Positions 20,339 through 31,047 of a stretch of 64,000 nt of DNA are shown here, one piece after another. The position numbers and the translations under genes are program-made. The notes below the pieces were generated by a model. That model ran no database searches. It was not told the DNA's origin and saw nothing but the letters and a program-made list of their open reading frames with translations. Numbering within the stretch: the first letter of the stretch is position 1; each line of letters starts with the position of its first letter. The DNA is from Chthonomonadales bacterium (GTDB lineage: Bacteria > Armatimonadota > Chthonomonadetes > Chthonomonadales > CAJBBX01), in the NCBI GenBank assembly GCA_049967475.1, contig JBMFSQ010000003.1, positions 96,001 through 160,000 on the forward strand, in the 5' to 3' direction.

Positions 20339-21109
20339 CTACCCGCGGAACGCACGGAAGAGCGTTTCCGCGAATTTGGGTACGCCGGTGGCCGCTGGCT
20401 CAGGTTCTTCGTACTCCATAGCGATATATCCATGATAGCCGGCGCCTTCCAGGATCGTTCGCACCCGCATGTAATCCACCGCTTCGCGGCCGGAGGGACC
20501 GTTATAATGGACCTTGGCGTGGGTTGCTGCAGCGTACGGAGCACAGCGTTCAAACTGGCCGTAAACATCCCCGACGAAGTTGCCGAAATCGAGGTTCAAC
20601 CGCAGCCAATCGCTCCCCACTGCGCCGAGCAGCCTGAGCGTGCCCTCGGCGTTGGCTGTCAGGCCGCCATGGTTCTCTAGGGCTAAGATCACCCCTTCCT
20701 GCTCGGCTGCAGAGGCACATTCCTGCAAACATTCGACGCACCAACGGAAGGACTGCTCCTCGGTCACGCCTTCTCGGATCGGGCCGGCAAAAACGCGCAG
20801 CGTCGGGGCCCCAAGCACCACAGAGTGTCGGATCCAATCCTTGGTCATTTGGATGTGTGACCGGCGCGCTGCGGCGTCAGGTTGGGTGAAATCGCTTCCC
20901 ACTGCGGTTCCAGACACGGTGAGCCCAAGTTCATGCACGTTGCGCTTGATATGATTGAGGTACGATCGGTCGGTAGTGGGAAAATAGTAAGCCGTTAGCT
21001 CAGCGGCGTCAAAGCCCACCTTGGCGATCGTGTCCAAAAAGTCTTCCAGGGTCATGGATCCGTTCTGCAGTTCCTCCCGATAGGAATAGGCGCAGCATGC
21101 AATGCGCAT
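20339..21109 (-). CDS. Sugar phosphate isomerase/epimerase (xylose isomerase-like TIM barrel)
   Basis: ELTAYYF, LRVFAG, LALENHGG, NLDFGNF, THAK, MEYE. Confidence 0.88.
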   Translation of the reverse strand: MRIACCAYSYREELQNGSMTLEDFLDTIAKVGFDAAELTAYYFPTTDRSYLNHIKRNVHELGLTVSGTAVGSDFTQPDAAARRSHIQMTKDWIRHSVVLGAPTLRVFAGPIREGVTEEQSFRWCVECLQECASAAEQEGVILALENHGGLTANAEGTLRLLGAVGSDWLRLNLDFGNFVGDVYGQFERCAPYAAATHAKVHYNGPSGREAVDYMRVRTILEGAGYHGYIAMEYEEPEPAATGVPKFAETLFRAFRG

Positions 21110-21205
21110 CCCAACGATCCTCCCTCAAGTGCAGGCGCAGGAGTGGGCTGCGCCTTTCCATGGGTGAGTTCGCCGCACCATGTGTGTTTCCCTCCGATTG
21201 CAACG

Positions 21206-23695
21206 CTAAGCCATGGACACGGGGTCCATATCTACCGAGATGCGCTGCCTCTGTGTAGAGGGGAGTCGGCTCAAGGCGTGGAGGATGTATTGGGGCAGGG
21301 GCGCCTCTGGGTGTGTGCGGACAACAACGTGGATGCGGTAATTCCCTTTGAGCTTGGAGAGGGGTGCCGGGGCCGGTCCAATAACCTCCGCGGCGGTACC
21401 GACCTCCTTCTTGAGGGCTTCGGCTAGAAGAACCGCCTTGGCTTGCGCATGGGAGGCGCTTTCGTCGAAGCATACGAGGTTGGCGAGCCTGGCGAATGGC
21501 GGGTAGCGCAGCTCATCGCGAAACGCGATTTCGCGGCGATAGAAGCCTTCATAATCATGAGATGCAGCCATCTGGAGGCTGTAGTGCTCCGGATCGAACG
21601 TCTGTACCAGCACGCGCCCTGGTTCGTCGCCGCGCCCGGAACGGCCCGCCACCTGGGTTACAAGCTGAAAGGTTCGTTCGGCTGCGCGGAAGTCCGGCAT
21701 ATTGATACTGGTGTCTGCGCTTACCACGCCCACGAGCGTCACATCGGGGAAATCGAGCCCCTTGGCTACCATTTGGGTGCCGATGAGAACATTCACTTCG
21801 CCGCGCCGGAAGGCGTTCAGGATCGCCGCATGGGCGCCTTTTCGGGCGGTAGTGTCCCGATCCATGCGGGCGATGCGAGCCTCAGGAATGACGCGGGCCG
21901 TCTCTTCTTCTACCCGCTCCGTGCCCAGGCCGAAGCCCCGGATGCGCGTCCCGCCGCATTGCGGGCAAAGATGCGGGACGGTTCTTTGGTAATTGCAATG
22001 GTGGCATTTGAGCGCCGTCTCGGCTGCGTGAAGCGTAAGGGACACTGCGCAGTTCGGACAGCGGATGACGTGCCCGCAATCGCGGCACAGCATGAACTGC
22101 GAGTATCCGCGGCGGTTGAGGAAGAGGATTGCCTGTTTTCCCCGACCCAGCTCCCTGCGCAGACCTTGCACAAGCGGTTCGCTCAGGAGGCACCGGCTGC
22201 GCTTCCACTCCTCGCGCATGTCTACAATCTGCACCTCCGGCAAGGGGCGGCGATCTATGCGCTCCTCCATGCGGATGCAGGCGATGCGTCCGCGGTCCGC
22301 TTCATAAAAGGTTTCGAGGGACGGCGTCGCGCTGCCGAGAACAACGAGGGCGTCGAGGCTGCGCGCTCGCTGCCGGGCTACGTCCCGGGCATGATATCTC
22401 GGCGTCGTTTCCTGTTTATAGCTCGGCTCATGTTCCTCATCCAGAATGAAGAGGCCTATGTTGCTCAAAGGCGCGAATACGGCGGATCGGGCGCCCACGG
22501 CGATTTTGGCCGCACCCTGCTGGAGCCTGCGCCACTCGTCGTACCGCTCTCCCTCCGATAGGCCGCTATGAAGTACTGCTACCAAGTCTCCAAACCGGCG
22601 TGCGAATATCCCAACCAATTGGGTGGTCAGCGCAATTTCCGGCAGGAGCACTACAGCGTTGCGGCCGGTTGCCAGTACATGCTCGATCGCGTGGAGATAA
22701 ACCTCGGTCTTCCCGGATGCCGTTACCCCAAACAGTAAGGCTTCTCGATTGTTGTGTGTACTCTCGGCGCCGGATGCAAGCGACGCGAGCTCTGCAATGG
22801 CGCGGTCTTGCCAAGGTGTGAGGGACACGGGCGTTTCGCCGGAACGGACACCGGCGTATGGGATCCGGCGGACGGGCACCCGTTCGGCCAGGATCGCTCC
22901 CCGGGCTGCCATGCTTCGAAGCAGCGACGGAGACACGCGGGCTTTCTCGGCCAAGTCGCCTGCTGGTATAGGGGCCTTTCCTTCTCGCGCCAGCACCGCC
23001 AGTACGTCGAGTACCCGCTTGGCTTCGGCGGAGAGCCGCGTCGTCAGTGGGGAGGCCACCGGGCCCAAGGAATAGCCGAGGATCGTTCGCTGCGTGATGC
23101 GGGGCTGCACGAGGCGGTATTCTTCACGGATGAGCCCTTTGCGCACGAGAGCGGAATAAGCCGATGGGAAGCTGCCGACGGCGCACGCCTTGCGCAAAGC
23201 TTCGGCCGACGCCCTGCCTCCCATCCTCTTGAGAGTTGTGAGCACGTGCGCTTGGAGGATGGATCTGTCGGCCACTTCCGGTTCCATTTGGGAGGATGCC
23301 AGCGTAACCACCTTCTCGAGGGAGAAGGCCATACCCGCAGGTACCACGCAGCGGACCGCGGAAAGGAGATCGCATACGTAGGCCTCCGCCAGCCAGTGGA
23401 CGAGTGCTACCTGTTGCGCGTCCAACGTGACGGCCCCGTGGATACGGCCCATTAGCGGCTTCAGAATGGCCGCGAGTGGGTCGCTCCTATGCATGCGCCG
23501 CACCTGCATTACGTATCCGATGCGCTCCTGTCCACCGAATGGCACCAGTACGCATTCGCCTACGCCCAAATCTCGGAGATGATGGGGGATTGCATAGGTA
23601 TACGTTGGGCGCAGGTCCGGCGCTTCAGCGTCTACAACAACATCGGCAACGGCCGCATCGTCCAATTCCGGCCAGAGTGAGGGGTCAGGCAACAT
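21206..23695 (-). CDS. priA: Primosomal protein N' (replication restart helicase)
   Basis: LFGVTASGKTEVY, DEEHE, SATPS, four CxxC Zn motifs, GTQMVAKGLDFP, QVAGRSGR. Confidence 0.97.
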   Translation of the reverse strand: MLPDPSLWPELDDAAVADVVVDAEAPDLRPTYTYAIPHHLRDLGVGECVLVPFGGQERIGYVMQVRRMHRSDPLAAILKPLMGRIHGAVTLDAQQVALVHWLAEAYVCDLLSAVRCVVPAGMAFSLEKVVTLASSQMEPEVADRSILQAHVLTTLKRMGGRASAEALRKACAVGSFPSAYSALVRKGLIREEYRLVQPRITQRTILGYSLGPVASPLTTRLSAEAKRVLDVLAVLAREGKAPIPAGDLAEKARVSPSLLRSMAARGAILAERVPVRRIPYAGVRSGETPVSLTPWQDRAIAELASLASGAESTHNNREALLFGVTASGKTEVYLHAIEHVLATGRNAVVLLPEIALTTQLVGIFARRFGDLVAVLHSGLSEGERYDEWRRLQQGAAKIAVGARSAVFAPLSNIGLFILDEEHEPSYKQETTPRYHARDVARQRARSLDALVVLGSATPSLETFYEADRGRIACIRMEERIDRRPLPEVQIVDMREEWKRSRCLLSEPLVQGLRRELGRGKQAILFLNRRGYSQFMLCRDCGHVIRCPNCAVSLTLHAAETALKCHHCNYQRTVPHLCPQCGGTRIRGFGLGTERVEEETARVIPEARIARMDRDTTARKGAHAAILNAFRRGEVNVLIGTQMVAKGLDFPDVTLVGVVSADTSINMPDFRAAERTFQLVTQVAGRSGRGDEPGRVLVQTFDPEHYSLQMAASHDYEGFYRREIAFRDELRYPPFARLANLVCFDESASHAQAKAVLLAEALKKEVGTAAEVIGPAPAPLSKLKGNYRIHVVVRTHPEAPLPQYILHALSRLPSTQRQRISVDMDPVSMA

Positions 23696-23835
23696 GGCGA
23701 TCCTGAACGGCGGGTTGGTCGTCCTGCATGCGGTTGATTGTGCGGGAGCACGGCTTCTTACGGCACCCCATCATGGATGCGGATGGGCCGGTCCATCGGG
23801 TGTAGTGTCGGCGCACCGGGTGTGGGAGCACGGTT

Positions 23836-26800
23836 CTAGGAAAGAACGACGGCCAACGTCTTACCTTCCGGCACCTCCACAGGATGCTCCATCGTTATGC
23901 GGATCTCTCCTTGCTCGGATTTCCAGGTAGCGGCAACCGTGCGACCGGCCAGAGACACCCGAACCGATCGCGGTGCGTGGTGTGCCTGGAGATGCAGGTG
24001 CGCCAGCCGGAGAGAACCTTCCACAACGCGTATCTCGTTGCGCTGCCCGTTGCCGCGGCGCACTTGGACGAGGCTGCCCCAGCCTAGCGGACCGCTGAAG
24101 AAGCTCTGGAAGCGGTCTGGGTGGATGCGCGGCTTGAAGGTAAGCGCGGCAGCAGGTCCGTCGTAGTGAAAGCCCGAGGCGGCCAGCAGTATGGACCAAG
24201 AGGACATGGCCCGAGCGTAATGCCCTCCACACTCGATCTCATTCCAGGGGTTGCGTGGAATTGGAGGTCTTGGGATGCCGTCGTAGCGGCCACGCGCTCC
24301 TTTGATGATCGTGAAGGCTTCTTCGAGCATCCCCTCATAGATGAGGTGGGCCGCCACCTGATATTCAATGCCCGTCCACACTTCGTCGGAATAGAGCATC
24401 ACGATGGGCGGTCTGCCGCCGCGAGGCCAAGTGCAAATGATGAGCCCCTGGTCGCCGTTTCCGGCGAAGGCCCGGGGTGCGTGGTGCCAGCCTGTGAGGT
24501 CGGGCTTCCAGTTGTAGCGAACGATGGCGCGAAGGGCCGATGCAACGTGTTCCCGCGGAAGGATATACCCGAGCCCCAGTTGGTGCGCCCACCATTGCCC
24601 GATCAATTGGTCGCTCATGCACCCGGGCCCCACCTCACCCGGCATCTTTTCGTATCCCGGAAGGTGCTGCTGGAAGTATTCGCCATTCCAGCAGAGGCGC
24701 ATGAGGTTCTGTTGGCCTAGCCGGAAGATAGATCGGTATCGTTCCGCGGCACGCGCGTCTCCCATTCGGCGGGCCCACTCCTCGCCCGCGCGCAGAGCCG
24801 CCAGATAGTATCCGCTGATGAAGGTAGTGACACCGTGGAGAGCTTCATCATACGTGTTCCATTGATCGTCCTGAAGGATGCCTTGAGGCTCACCGCCGTT
24901 GGAGGCTGCGTCCCGTGCGATGAGGTACTCCACCGCCCGTTGCACCCGCGGCCAGTATTCGCGGAAAACGGTGTCGTCGGGGTAGTTCAGGGCTTCACGA
25001 TAGGCTTTCAATATGGTGCTTGCGTGGCCGTCTGCAAAGGGATGTTCCCCAGTTGGATGGGGCGGCGACGGCACATCTGTTCGATTATTGATGCCCCCAT
25101 CCTGCCGCTGCTGATGCAGGAAGTCCACGCGGCGCATTTCGCGCTCCAGTTCCGGGAATACACGGCTGAGCGTCTGCTCATATCCCCATACGTGGGTACA
25201 GGTGGGTTGACAGCAGCCGTTGGAACCCTCCCAGCCGTACACATCTCCATTGGCGATGCGGAATACCACCCCGATGTGGCGGATCGTGGCCATCTGCGAG
25301 GTGAGGCAATCCAGGAGCCAATAGGGAAGGCTGGTTGCGTAGAACGTGTCCCGAAAGCGCTGGGTGCGGCGGCGAACGGACGAGAAGGAGCGCATCAGTT
25401 CTTGGGCCACATCCGCTGCGCTGGGCCAAACGGTGCTGTAGTGGTTGCCCATCCATTCGCCGGCTGCATTGTACTTGTTGGGATACCACCACGACAATAT
25501 AAAGGGTACCTCCAGCGTCTTGCCGGGCGGGACAACGATGGAGGAAGCAATCCCTCCATTGATTGTCTTTCCGGCTGAGGTGGGTTGCTGCTGCGGGTGG
25601 CGGTTGGCCCCGAAACCGGACCGAGCATCGAGCTTCTCCCAAGCTTCCATCCACTCGATGAAGGAGGGAAGCGTGGTCACTTTGCCTGCAAGGGCTGCCA
25701 AGGCCAGGGAACCGAAGCCTGGGGACTTAGCGGTAGCGGACCTGGGCGCATGGTACGCAGCCCCTGCGAGTGCGCAGATCTCGCGATAGGCCGAATGTTG
25801 GGCACCGGCGAGTTCCGCCTCGGCGGGATCTAGAATGCGTCCGGGTACGAAGGCTACAGCGCCGGTCTTCAGGGGTCTCGTTATGGCTGTGTGCCCCGAA
25901 GGGAGGGGCTGTTCTCGTGCGCCCGGGCGCAAGGAAAGACCTCGATACTCAAACTTGCCGTCGGAACCGGTCTCCACGGATCGAATATATGCCGGCATGA
26001 GGTCTGCTAGGATACGGAGCGCGCCTTCGCCGGCCGGTAAGTCCGAGAAGACAATGTCGTCCACGTTGATATGACCCCAGCCTCCCGTTTCCTCGTCAAC
26101 AATCTCGATGTGGGCAGTGCGCCCGGCGAACTCGCGAACGTCCCACCATGCCGGGATGAGCGCTTCGCTGTTTCTGCCGGATGCCGTTCGTACGGCTCTT
26201 CCTTCTACGATTAGGCGCATCTGAGTTCCGGGGTGGGAACCGCCGCCGATGCGGAATCGAATGAAGCGCCTCTGAATGGTGAATTCTGGGCTGATCAAGC
26301 GCCCCGTAGCGGCATCTCCTCCAAGGTACGAGTTTACGAGACCCTGGCCCGTAAAGCCGCTGACGGGCTGTTGATTGGGCAGGGTCCCTCTGGCTGGCTC
26401 GGTGCCGAACGCCGTCCCTTCTACCTTCCAATCCCCGTATCCGTGCTCGAAGTCCTGGAACACCACGTCGGGCCGAATAGGGGTGCCGGCGTCGGTATGG
26501 CTGTAGCGCACGTATTCGGCAATGAGGCTCGGGTGATCCCCGCTGAGCACCAGAATGGCGCCGTGCTCCACCGCCCGGCGGGCTGCTTCCAGTAGCATGG
26601 GATCAAGGTCCGGAGCTGGGTCCTCGAGCCAGATGACGGTACCCGCCGCGCGTTCCGAAGATGGCGCATTCGCGAGCCGCTCGAAGGCGTCTACCTGAAG
26701 ATCCCGCGGTCTCACGGCCGGTGTGGCGTTGAGGGCTTGGATGCTGATGTTCGTGTAGATGCGGAGCGGGCGATCCAGTGCTGCCGGGTCACTGGGGACG

Positions 26801-27534
26801 CATTCCATAAGGAGCATCCGTCCGGATGAGCGGTTTACGGCTCCCCCGAAATTGGGGTGGCTCGTGCCCAGGTCTTGCGGTCCTCGCGAGAACGGAGCCG
26901 CCGGCCCCATGGCGTCGTATCCTGCCGGATTGCGCATGAGCGCGGCAATGGACACCGGAATGGGCTCTTGGGTAGGATTGTGCACTTTGAAAAGGAATAC
27001 AGCCGCCGGCATGGAGGAGAGGCGTGTGTCCAGCGGCGAGAACGGGGTAAAGGCCTCGAGTTGAAGGCGTACAGGCAGGTCCGCGTCGTGGAATGTAAGT
27101 GTGGCACAGGGGTACTCGCCCCGCATTTCAATTTGGTGGATGCGGGGAAACTCCGGGCCGCCAGAAGTCTGAAGAAGTTTGCCTGCCTCACCTGCCTTGA
27201 TGACGAAGAAGCACGGAACGTAGCCGTCCCGCAGAGTATTGAAGAGCTGCCACGTGGTGAGCTGCCCATCCGCGCCGATCTCGAAGTTCCCTGTACCGAT
27301 GCCGCCCAGGTGCATCCGTGCATCAGTATGCTTGTAGGAGAGGTACACGCGCGCCTCGCCGGGGTTAGGCGGATCGCCACGCCGATCCTCGCCTGCGGCC
27401 GCGTCTATGAGGGATGCGGATGCGGCCTTTGCGGCGAGGGCGGCGGCCGCACTGCTTCCTGCCAACAACATCAATTCACGCCGCGTTACACCGTAGGGAC
27501 CGCAGCTTCCAGCGCAATTGCAATTCCTACTCAC
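23836..27534 (-). CDS. GH116 family glycoside hydrolase, Tat-exported, with inserted beta-sandwich module
   Basis: TRRELM Tat motif, LGGIGTG, EAFTPFSP, WEGS, CTHVW, QWNTYD, SDQLIGQW, EVWTGIEY, NPWNEIECGGHYARAMSSW. Confidence 0.88.
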   Translation of the reverse strand: MSRNCNCAGSCGPYGVTRRELMLLAGSSAAAALAAKAASASLIDAAAGEDRRGDPPNPGEARVYLSYKHTDARMHLGGIGTGNFEIGADGQLTTWQLFNTLRDGYVPCFFVIKAGEAGKLLQTSGGPEFPRIHQIEMRGEYPCATLTFHDADLPVRLQLEAFTPFSPLDTRLSSMPAAVFLFKVHNPTQEPIPVSIAALMRNPAGYDAMGPAAPFSRGPQDLGTSHPNFGGAVNRSSGRMLLMECVPSDPAALDRPLRIYTNISIQALNATPAVRPRDLQVDAFERLANAPSSERAAGTVIWLEDPAPDLDPMLLEAARRAVEHGAILVLSGDHPSLIAEYVRYSHTDAGTPIRPDVVFQDFEHGYGDWKVEGTAFGTEPARGTLPNQQPVSGFTGQGLVNSYLGGDAATGRLISPEFTIQRRFIRFRIGGGSHPGTQMRLIVEGRAVRTASGRNSEALIPAWWDVREFAGRTAHIEIVDEETGGWGHINVDDIVFSDLPAGEGALRILADLMPAYIRSVETGSDGKFEYRGLSLRPGAREQPLPSGHTAITRPLKTGAVAFVPGRILDPAEAELAGAQHSAYREICALAGAAYHAPRSATAKSPGFGSLALAALAGKVTTLPSFIEWMEAWEKLDARSGFGANRHPQQQPTSAGKTINGGIASSIVVPPGKTLEVPFILSWWYPNKYNAAGEWMGNHYSTVWPSAADVAQELMRSFSSVRRRTQRFRDTFYATSLPYWLLDCLTSQMATIRHIGVVFRIANGDVYGWEGSNGCCQPTCTHVWGYEQTLSRVFPELEREMRRVDFLHQQRQDGGINNRTDVPSPPHPTGEHPFADGHASTILKAYREALNYPDDTVFREYWPRVQRAVEYLIARDAASNGGEPQGILQDDQWNTYDEALHGVTTFISGYYLAALRAGEEWARRMGDARAAERYRSIFRLGQQNLMRLCWNGEYFQQHLPGYEKMPGEVGPGCMSDQLIGQWWAHQLGLGYILPREHVASALRAIVRYNWKPDLTGWHHAPRAFAGNGDQGLIICTWPRGGRPPIVMLYSDEVWTGIEYQVAAHLIYEGMLEEAFTIIKGARGRYDGIPRPPIPRNPWNEIECGGHYARAMSSWSILLAASGFHYDGPAAALTFKPRIHPDRFQSFFSGPLGWGSLVQVRRGNGQRNEIRVVEGSLRLAHLHLQAHHAPRSVRVSLAGRTVAATWKSEQGEIRITMEHPVEVPEGKTLAVVLS

Positions 27535-28052
27535 CGCATGCTTTCCTTCCCGGATCCATTCATAGGAGCCGACGGCTCATCGTCGCTCCGAAGGAATGTA
27601 CCACTGCGGCCGCCGCTTTTGGACACGAGGCGGATAGAATGCACGACGGCGCTGCGGTCCACGGCTTTGACCATGTCGTAAACGGTCAAAGCTGCCAATG
27701 TCACCGCGGTGAGTGCCTCCATCTCCACACCCGTTCGGTCCACAGTGGAAGCATGGGCTTCGATTTCCACGCGGTCGTCTAGCACATCCAGATGAACTTC
27801 CACATGAGAGAGTGCGACCTGGTGGCACAGAGGGATCAGCTCGCTGGTACGCTTCGCTGCCATGATGCCGGCGATCCGTGCTGCGGCAAACACGTCGCCC
27901 TTGGGCACCTTGCCATCCTTAAGAAGGCGGATGGTGGCCGGTGAAAGGATCACCGATGCGCGGGCTGTTGCGGTGCGCTCAGTGGTTGCCTTGTGGCCTA
28001 CGGGCACCATTCTGGCTTGGCCGCTTCCGTCGAGATGCGTAAGGTTTTCCAT
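27531..28052 (-). CDS. moaC: Cyclic pyranopterin monophosphate synthase MoaC
   Basis: LTHLD..ARMV, KGDVF..ARIAGIMAAKRTSELIPLCH, TGVEMEALTAV, YDMVKAVD, KSGGRSG. Confidence 0.97.
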   Translation of the reverse strand: MENLTHLDGSGQARMVPVGHKATTERTATARASVILSPATIRLLKDGKVPKGDVFAAARIAGIMAAKRTSELIPLCHQVALSHVEVHLDVLDDRVEIEAHASTVDRTGVEMEALTAVTLAALTVYDMVKAVDRSAVVHSIRLVSKSGGRSGTFLRSDDEPSAPMNGSGKESMR

Positions 28053-28101
28053 TCGGCGTTCTCCTCGAAAAAAGTCCCAAACCAAAATGTGCCTTGGAGG
28101 C

Positions 28102-28725
28102 TTAGGAATACGCTTCGTCGGCAGGGAAAACAGTTGCCGCGGGTTCCGTGGTGACGGCTTTGCAGCGGGCCAGATCGCCTGGGGTATTGATATTGGTGAA
28201 TGTCAGCAGGCGCGGATCCACCTCTTCTAAGAGCGCCTGTGCCACATGGAGAACGTCCATGCTCTCCAAAGCACGGTGGAGAGCCCGCTCACCTTCATTC
28301 AAGCGAGCCCGGAGGTGCGCAACGGCTCGGCCCGAGTACGCCGCGCACGTGGGCTGCAAGCAGCCGTGCACCACGGGAACCGCCGCGTCATGCCCCTCCA
28401 CGAGCTGAAGCAGCAATTGGAGCACGCGTGCATTCAAGAACGGCATATCACAGGCAGCCACCAGGTGGTTGCCTGTTCCCGCAGCCATGAGGCCGGTCAC
28501 GATGCCTGCCAAGGGGCCGGCGTCCATGACAATGTCGTGCACCACCTTTGTGTCGTGCGGCGCCGGGCAGGTGCTCGCCGGCGATGCTACCACGTACACC
28601 GGATGGGTTACCTCGCCGAGGCGCGCGACGACGGCGTCCAGCAGCGTGCGGCCATCCCAGAGCAGCGACGCTTTGTCCCGCCCCATGCGTATGCTTTTGC
28701 CGCCCGCCAGCACGATGCCTGCCAT
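28102..28725 (-). CDS. mobA: Molybdenum cofactor guanylyltransferase MobA
   Basis: VLAGGKSIRMGRDKA, GPLAGI, ACDMPF, NINTP. Confidence 0.93.
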   Translation of the reverse strand: MAGIVLAGGKSIRMGRDKASLLWDGRTLLDAVVARLGEVTHPVYVVASPASTCPAPHDTKVVHDIVMDAGPLAGIVTGLMAAGTGNHLVAACDMPFLNARVLQLLLQLVEGHDAAVPVVHGCLQPTCAAYSGRAVAHLRARLNEGERALHRALESMDVLHVAQALLEEVDPRLLTFTNINTPGDLARCKAVTTEPAATVFPADEAYS

Positions 28726-28751
28726 CGCAATGCTCCCATCGGGGTAAAACT

Positions 28752-28780
28752 ATTATAGCGGCCGCGGGTCCATAACACAA
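28752..28780 (-). promoter_or_regulatory. sigma70 promoter of mobA-moaC
   Basis: TTGTGT-N17-TATAAT. Confidence 0.6.
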
Positions 28781-28842
28781 CGGGCCGCGGTGTCTACGCG
28801 GCACGACTTTGAAGCACATCGCTGGACAGAAAGGCAGGGACA

Positions 28843-29862
28843 ATGGCCGTAGGGGGCGACAGTCTGCACAAAGTGATCATTCTAGGAAGCGGGCCGGCGG
28901 GATACACTGCCGCACTCTATACGGCTCGGGCCAACCTAGAGCCATTGCTGGTGGATGGCGGGGCCGGGATGGGGCAAGCGCTTCAGGGCCAGGGCGGCCA
29001 GCTTACCATCACTACGGAAGTAGAGAATTACCCGGGATTTCCCGAAGGCATCATGGGCCCGGAACTCATGATCCGCATGCGAGAACAGGTGGCACGCTTT
29101 GGGACGCGCTTCGTTGAAGACCTCGCGACACGTGTAGACATCACGCAGCGGCCCTTCAAGGTTTGGGTGGGTGACGACACGTACCTATGTCGCGTGCTGA
29201 TCATCGCCACCGGAGCTTCGGCGCGCTGGCTCGGACTGGAGGCGGAAAAGCCGGTGTTCGAGGGCGGATTGGGCGGCGCCGGCGTGTCTGCGTGCGCTAC
29301 CTGCGATGGAGCCCTGCCTATATTCCGCAACAAAGAATTGGCGGTGGTGGGCGGGGGAGACACCGCCGTCGAAGAGGCGCTTTACCTCACGCATTTTGCT
29401 TCGAGGGTATACCTGATCCACCGGCGCGACCAACTACGGGCATCCAAGATCATGCAAAGGCGCCTCATGGAGAACCCCAAGATCCACATCCTCTGGAACA
29501 AGGTCGTGGTAGACATTCACGATGTGAAGATCAAGCGCGTCACCGGAGTGACCCTCAAGGACACCGTGACCGGTGAACAAAGCTTTCTGCCCATCGGAGG
29601 GCTCTTTATCGCCATCGGCCACAAGCCCAACAGCGATATGTTCGTTGGCCAGTTGGAACTGGATCCCGCGGGATATATCGTTACCCACAAGGACGTGCGC
29701 ACGAGCGTTCCGGGCGTATTCGCCTGCGGCGACGTGCAAGATCACGAGTACCGCCAGGCGATTACGGCCGCGGGTTCCGGATGCATGGCCGCAATTCAGG
29801 CCGAGCGGTACCTGGCAGCCCTGGGCGAGGATCCGGCCGCCATTCCTTCAGATCCCTGGTAG
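28843..29862 (+). CDS. trxB: Thioredoxin-disulfide reductase
   Basis: GSGPAGYTAA, VENYPGF, SACATCDG, GGGDTAVEEA, GDVQD..YRQAITAAG. Confidence 0.97.
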   Translation: MAVGGDSLHKVIILGSGPAGYTAALYTARANLEPLLVDGGAGMGQALQGQGGQLTITTEVENYPGFPEGIMGPELMIRMREQVARFGTRFVEDLATRVDITQRPFKVWVGDDTYLCRVLIIATGASARWLGLEAEKPVFEGGLGGAGVSACATCDGALPIFRNKELAVVGGGDTAVEEALYLTHFASRVYLIHRRDQLRASKIMQRRLMENPKIHILWNKVVVDIHDVKIKRVTGVTLKDTVTGEQSFLPIGGLFIAIGHKPNSDMFVGQLELDPAGYIVTHKDVRTSVPGVFACGDVQDHEYRQAITAAGSGCMAAIQAERYLAALGEDPAAIPSDPW

Positions 29863-29883
29863 TTTCGCAGAAGGTGCATCGCC

Positions 29884-31047
29884 ATGCGCTTCGGAGACAT
29901 CATCGGCCACGAGCCGGCAATCCGTGTGCTCCGGCGAGCGCTTGCCTATGGCGAGGACACGGGTACGTTCCTTATCTTGGGTGAAGCCGGCGTCGGCAAG
30001 ACGGCGTTGGCGGAAGCATTTGCCGCCGCGGCGGCTTGCCTTAGCCCTCAGCGGGAGCCCTTCGACGCCTGCGGGGAATGCGCATCCTGCCGACGGGCTG
30101 TTGTCGGCGCCCAACCTGAGATCGTCACGATCGCTCCGGCTGGGGAGCAGACGCAGATTTGGCAATTCTGGGACCGCGAGGGTAAGCCGCCCGGCGTGCT
30201 TCAGAGAGCGCTTGGCTTCGCGCCCACTGTGGGTCGCAAGCGTGTATTCATAATCGAGCGGGCCGACACCCTCACGGAAGCGGCTGCAAACAGCCTGCTC
30301 AAGGTGCTCGAGGAGCCGCCGCCCTACGTGCTTTTTGTGCTGCTTGCGGCCCATGCGTCGCGCCTCTTGCCCACCATTCTTTCCCGGGCGAGGATGCTTC
30401 GTCTTTCGCCTGTGCCCGTTGACGAGTTGGCTGCCCGCCTTCAGGAGGTAGCCCATCTGTCCTACGATGAGGCCCGAGCCCTGGCGATTGCTTCCGGGGG
30501 GCGGCCGGGGGTCGCTCTTTCATACGCCCGAGCTGAGGGAGGTACTGGTGACATGGATCGCGTGCTGGATTGGGCCGAGGCGCTCCCTACAGCGCCGGCT
30601 CTGGCCGCGCCCCAGCTTGCGGACACATTCAGGCGGTTGACTGCGTCGGCCACGAGTTCCGCCTCTGAAGCCGTCGAGGCGTCGGGAGACGACGGCGCAG
30701 GCACAGACCGTGTGGGACGCGGGAAGGCTGCGGCCGCCGTAGACCTCGCAACGATGCTGTATCGCGATCTGCTGGCTGCTAGCCTCAAGCGTAACGCAGA
30801 AGCTTTGGTTTTCCAGCATCGTAGCAGCAGGGTATTGGCTTTGGCGCATGCGGCCCCGCCTGTCGTGTGGGCATCGTGTTTGGAAGCCCTGCTGAAGGCC
30901 CGGCGCAGGCTGGACCAAAACGTGTCGGTACGGCTCGTATTGGAGGGCCTCACCGCGGAACTCGTGGCGGCGTGCACGCCGATGGCCCCAGACAACAGAA
31001 ACCGCAAACCGAAGGGAGAAGAGGATGAGCCGGTGGAAGCAAGGTGA
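29884..31047 (+). CDS. holB: DNA polymerase III delta' subunit
   Basis: GEAGVGKT, CGECASC Zn finger, AANSLLKVLEEPP, LLPTILSR. Confidence 0.88.
   Translation: MRFGDIIGHEPAIRVLRRALAYGEDTGTFLILGEAGVGKTALAEAFAAAAACLSPQREPFDACGECASCRRAVVGAQPEIVTIAPAGEQTQIWQFWDREGKPPGVLQRALGFAPTVGRKRVFIIERADTLTEAAANSLLKVLEEPPPYVLFVLLAAHASRLLPTILSRARMLRLSPVPVDELAARLQEVAHLSYDEARALAIASGGRPGVALSYARAEGGTGDMDRVLDWAEALPTAPALAAPQLADTFRRLTASATSSASEAVEASGDDGAGTDRVGRGKAAAAVDLATMLYRDLLAASLKRNAEALVFQHRSSRVLALAHAAPPVVWASCLEALLKARRRLDQNVSVRLVLEGLTAELVAACTPMAPDNRNRKPKGEEDEPVEAR

Noticed and set aside
21133..21155. Hairpin AGGCGCAG-N7-CTGCGCCT between priA and the isomerase gene
   Set aside because: No U-tract in the transcribed (minus) direction; function unsupported
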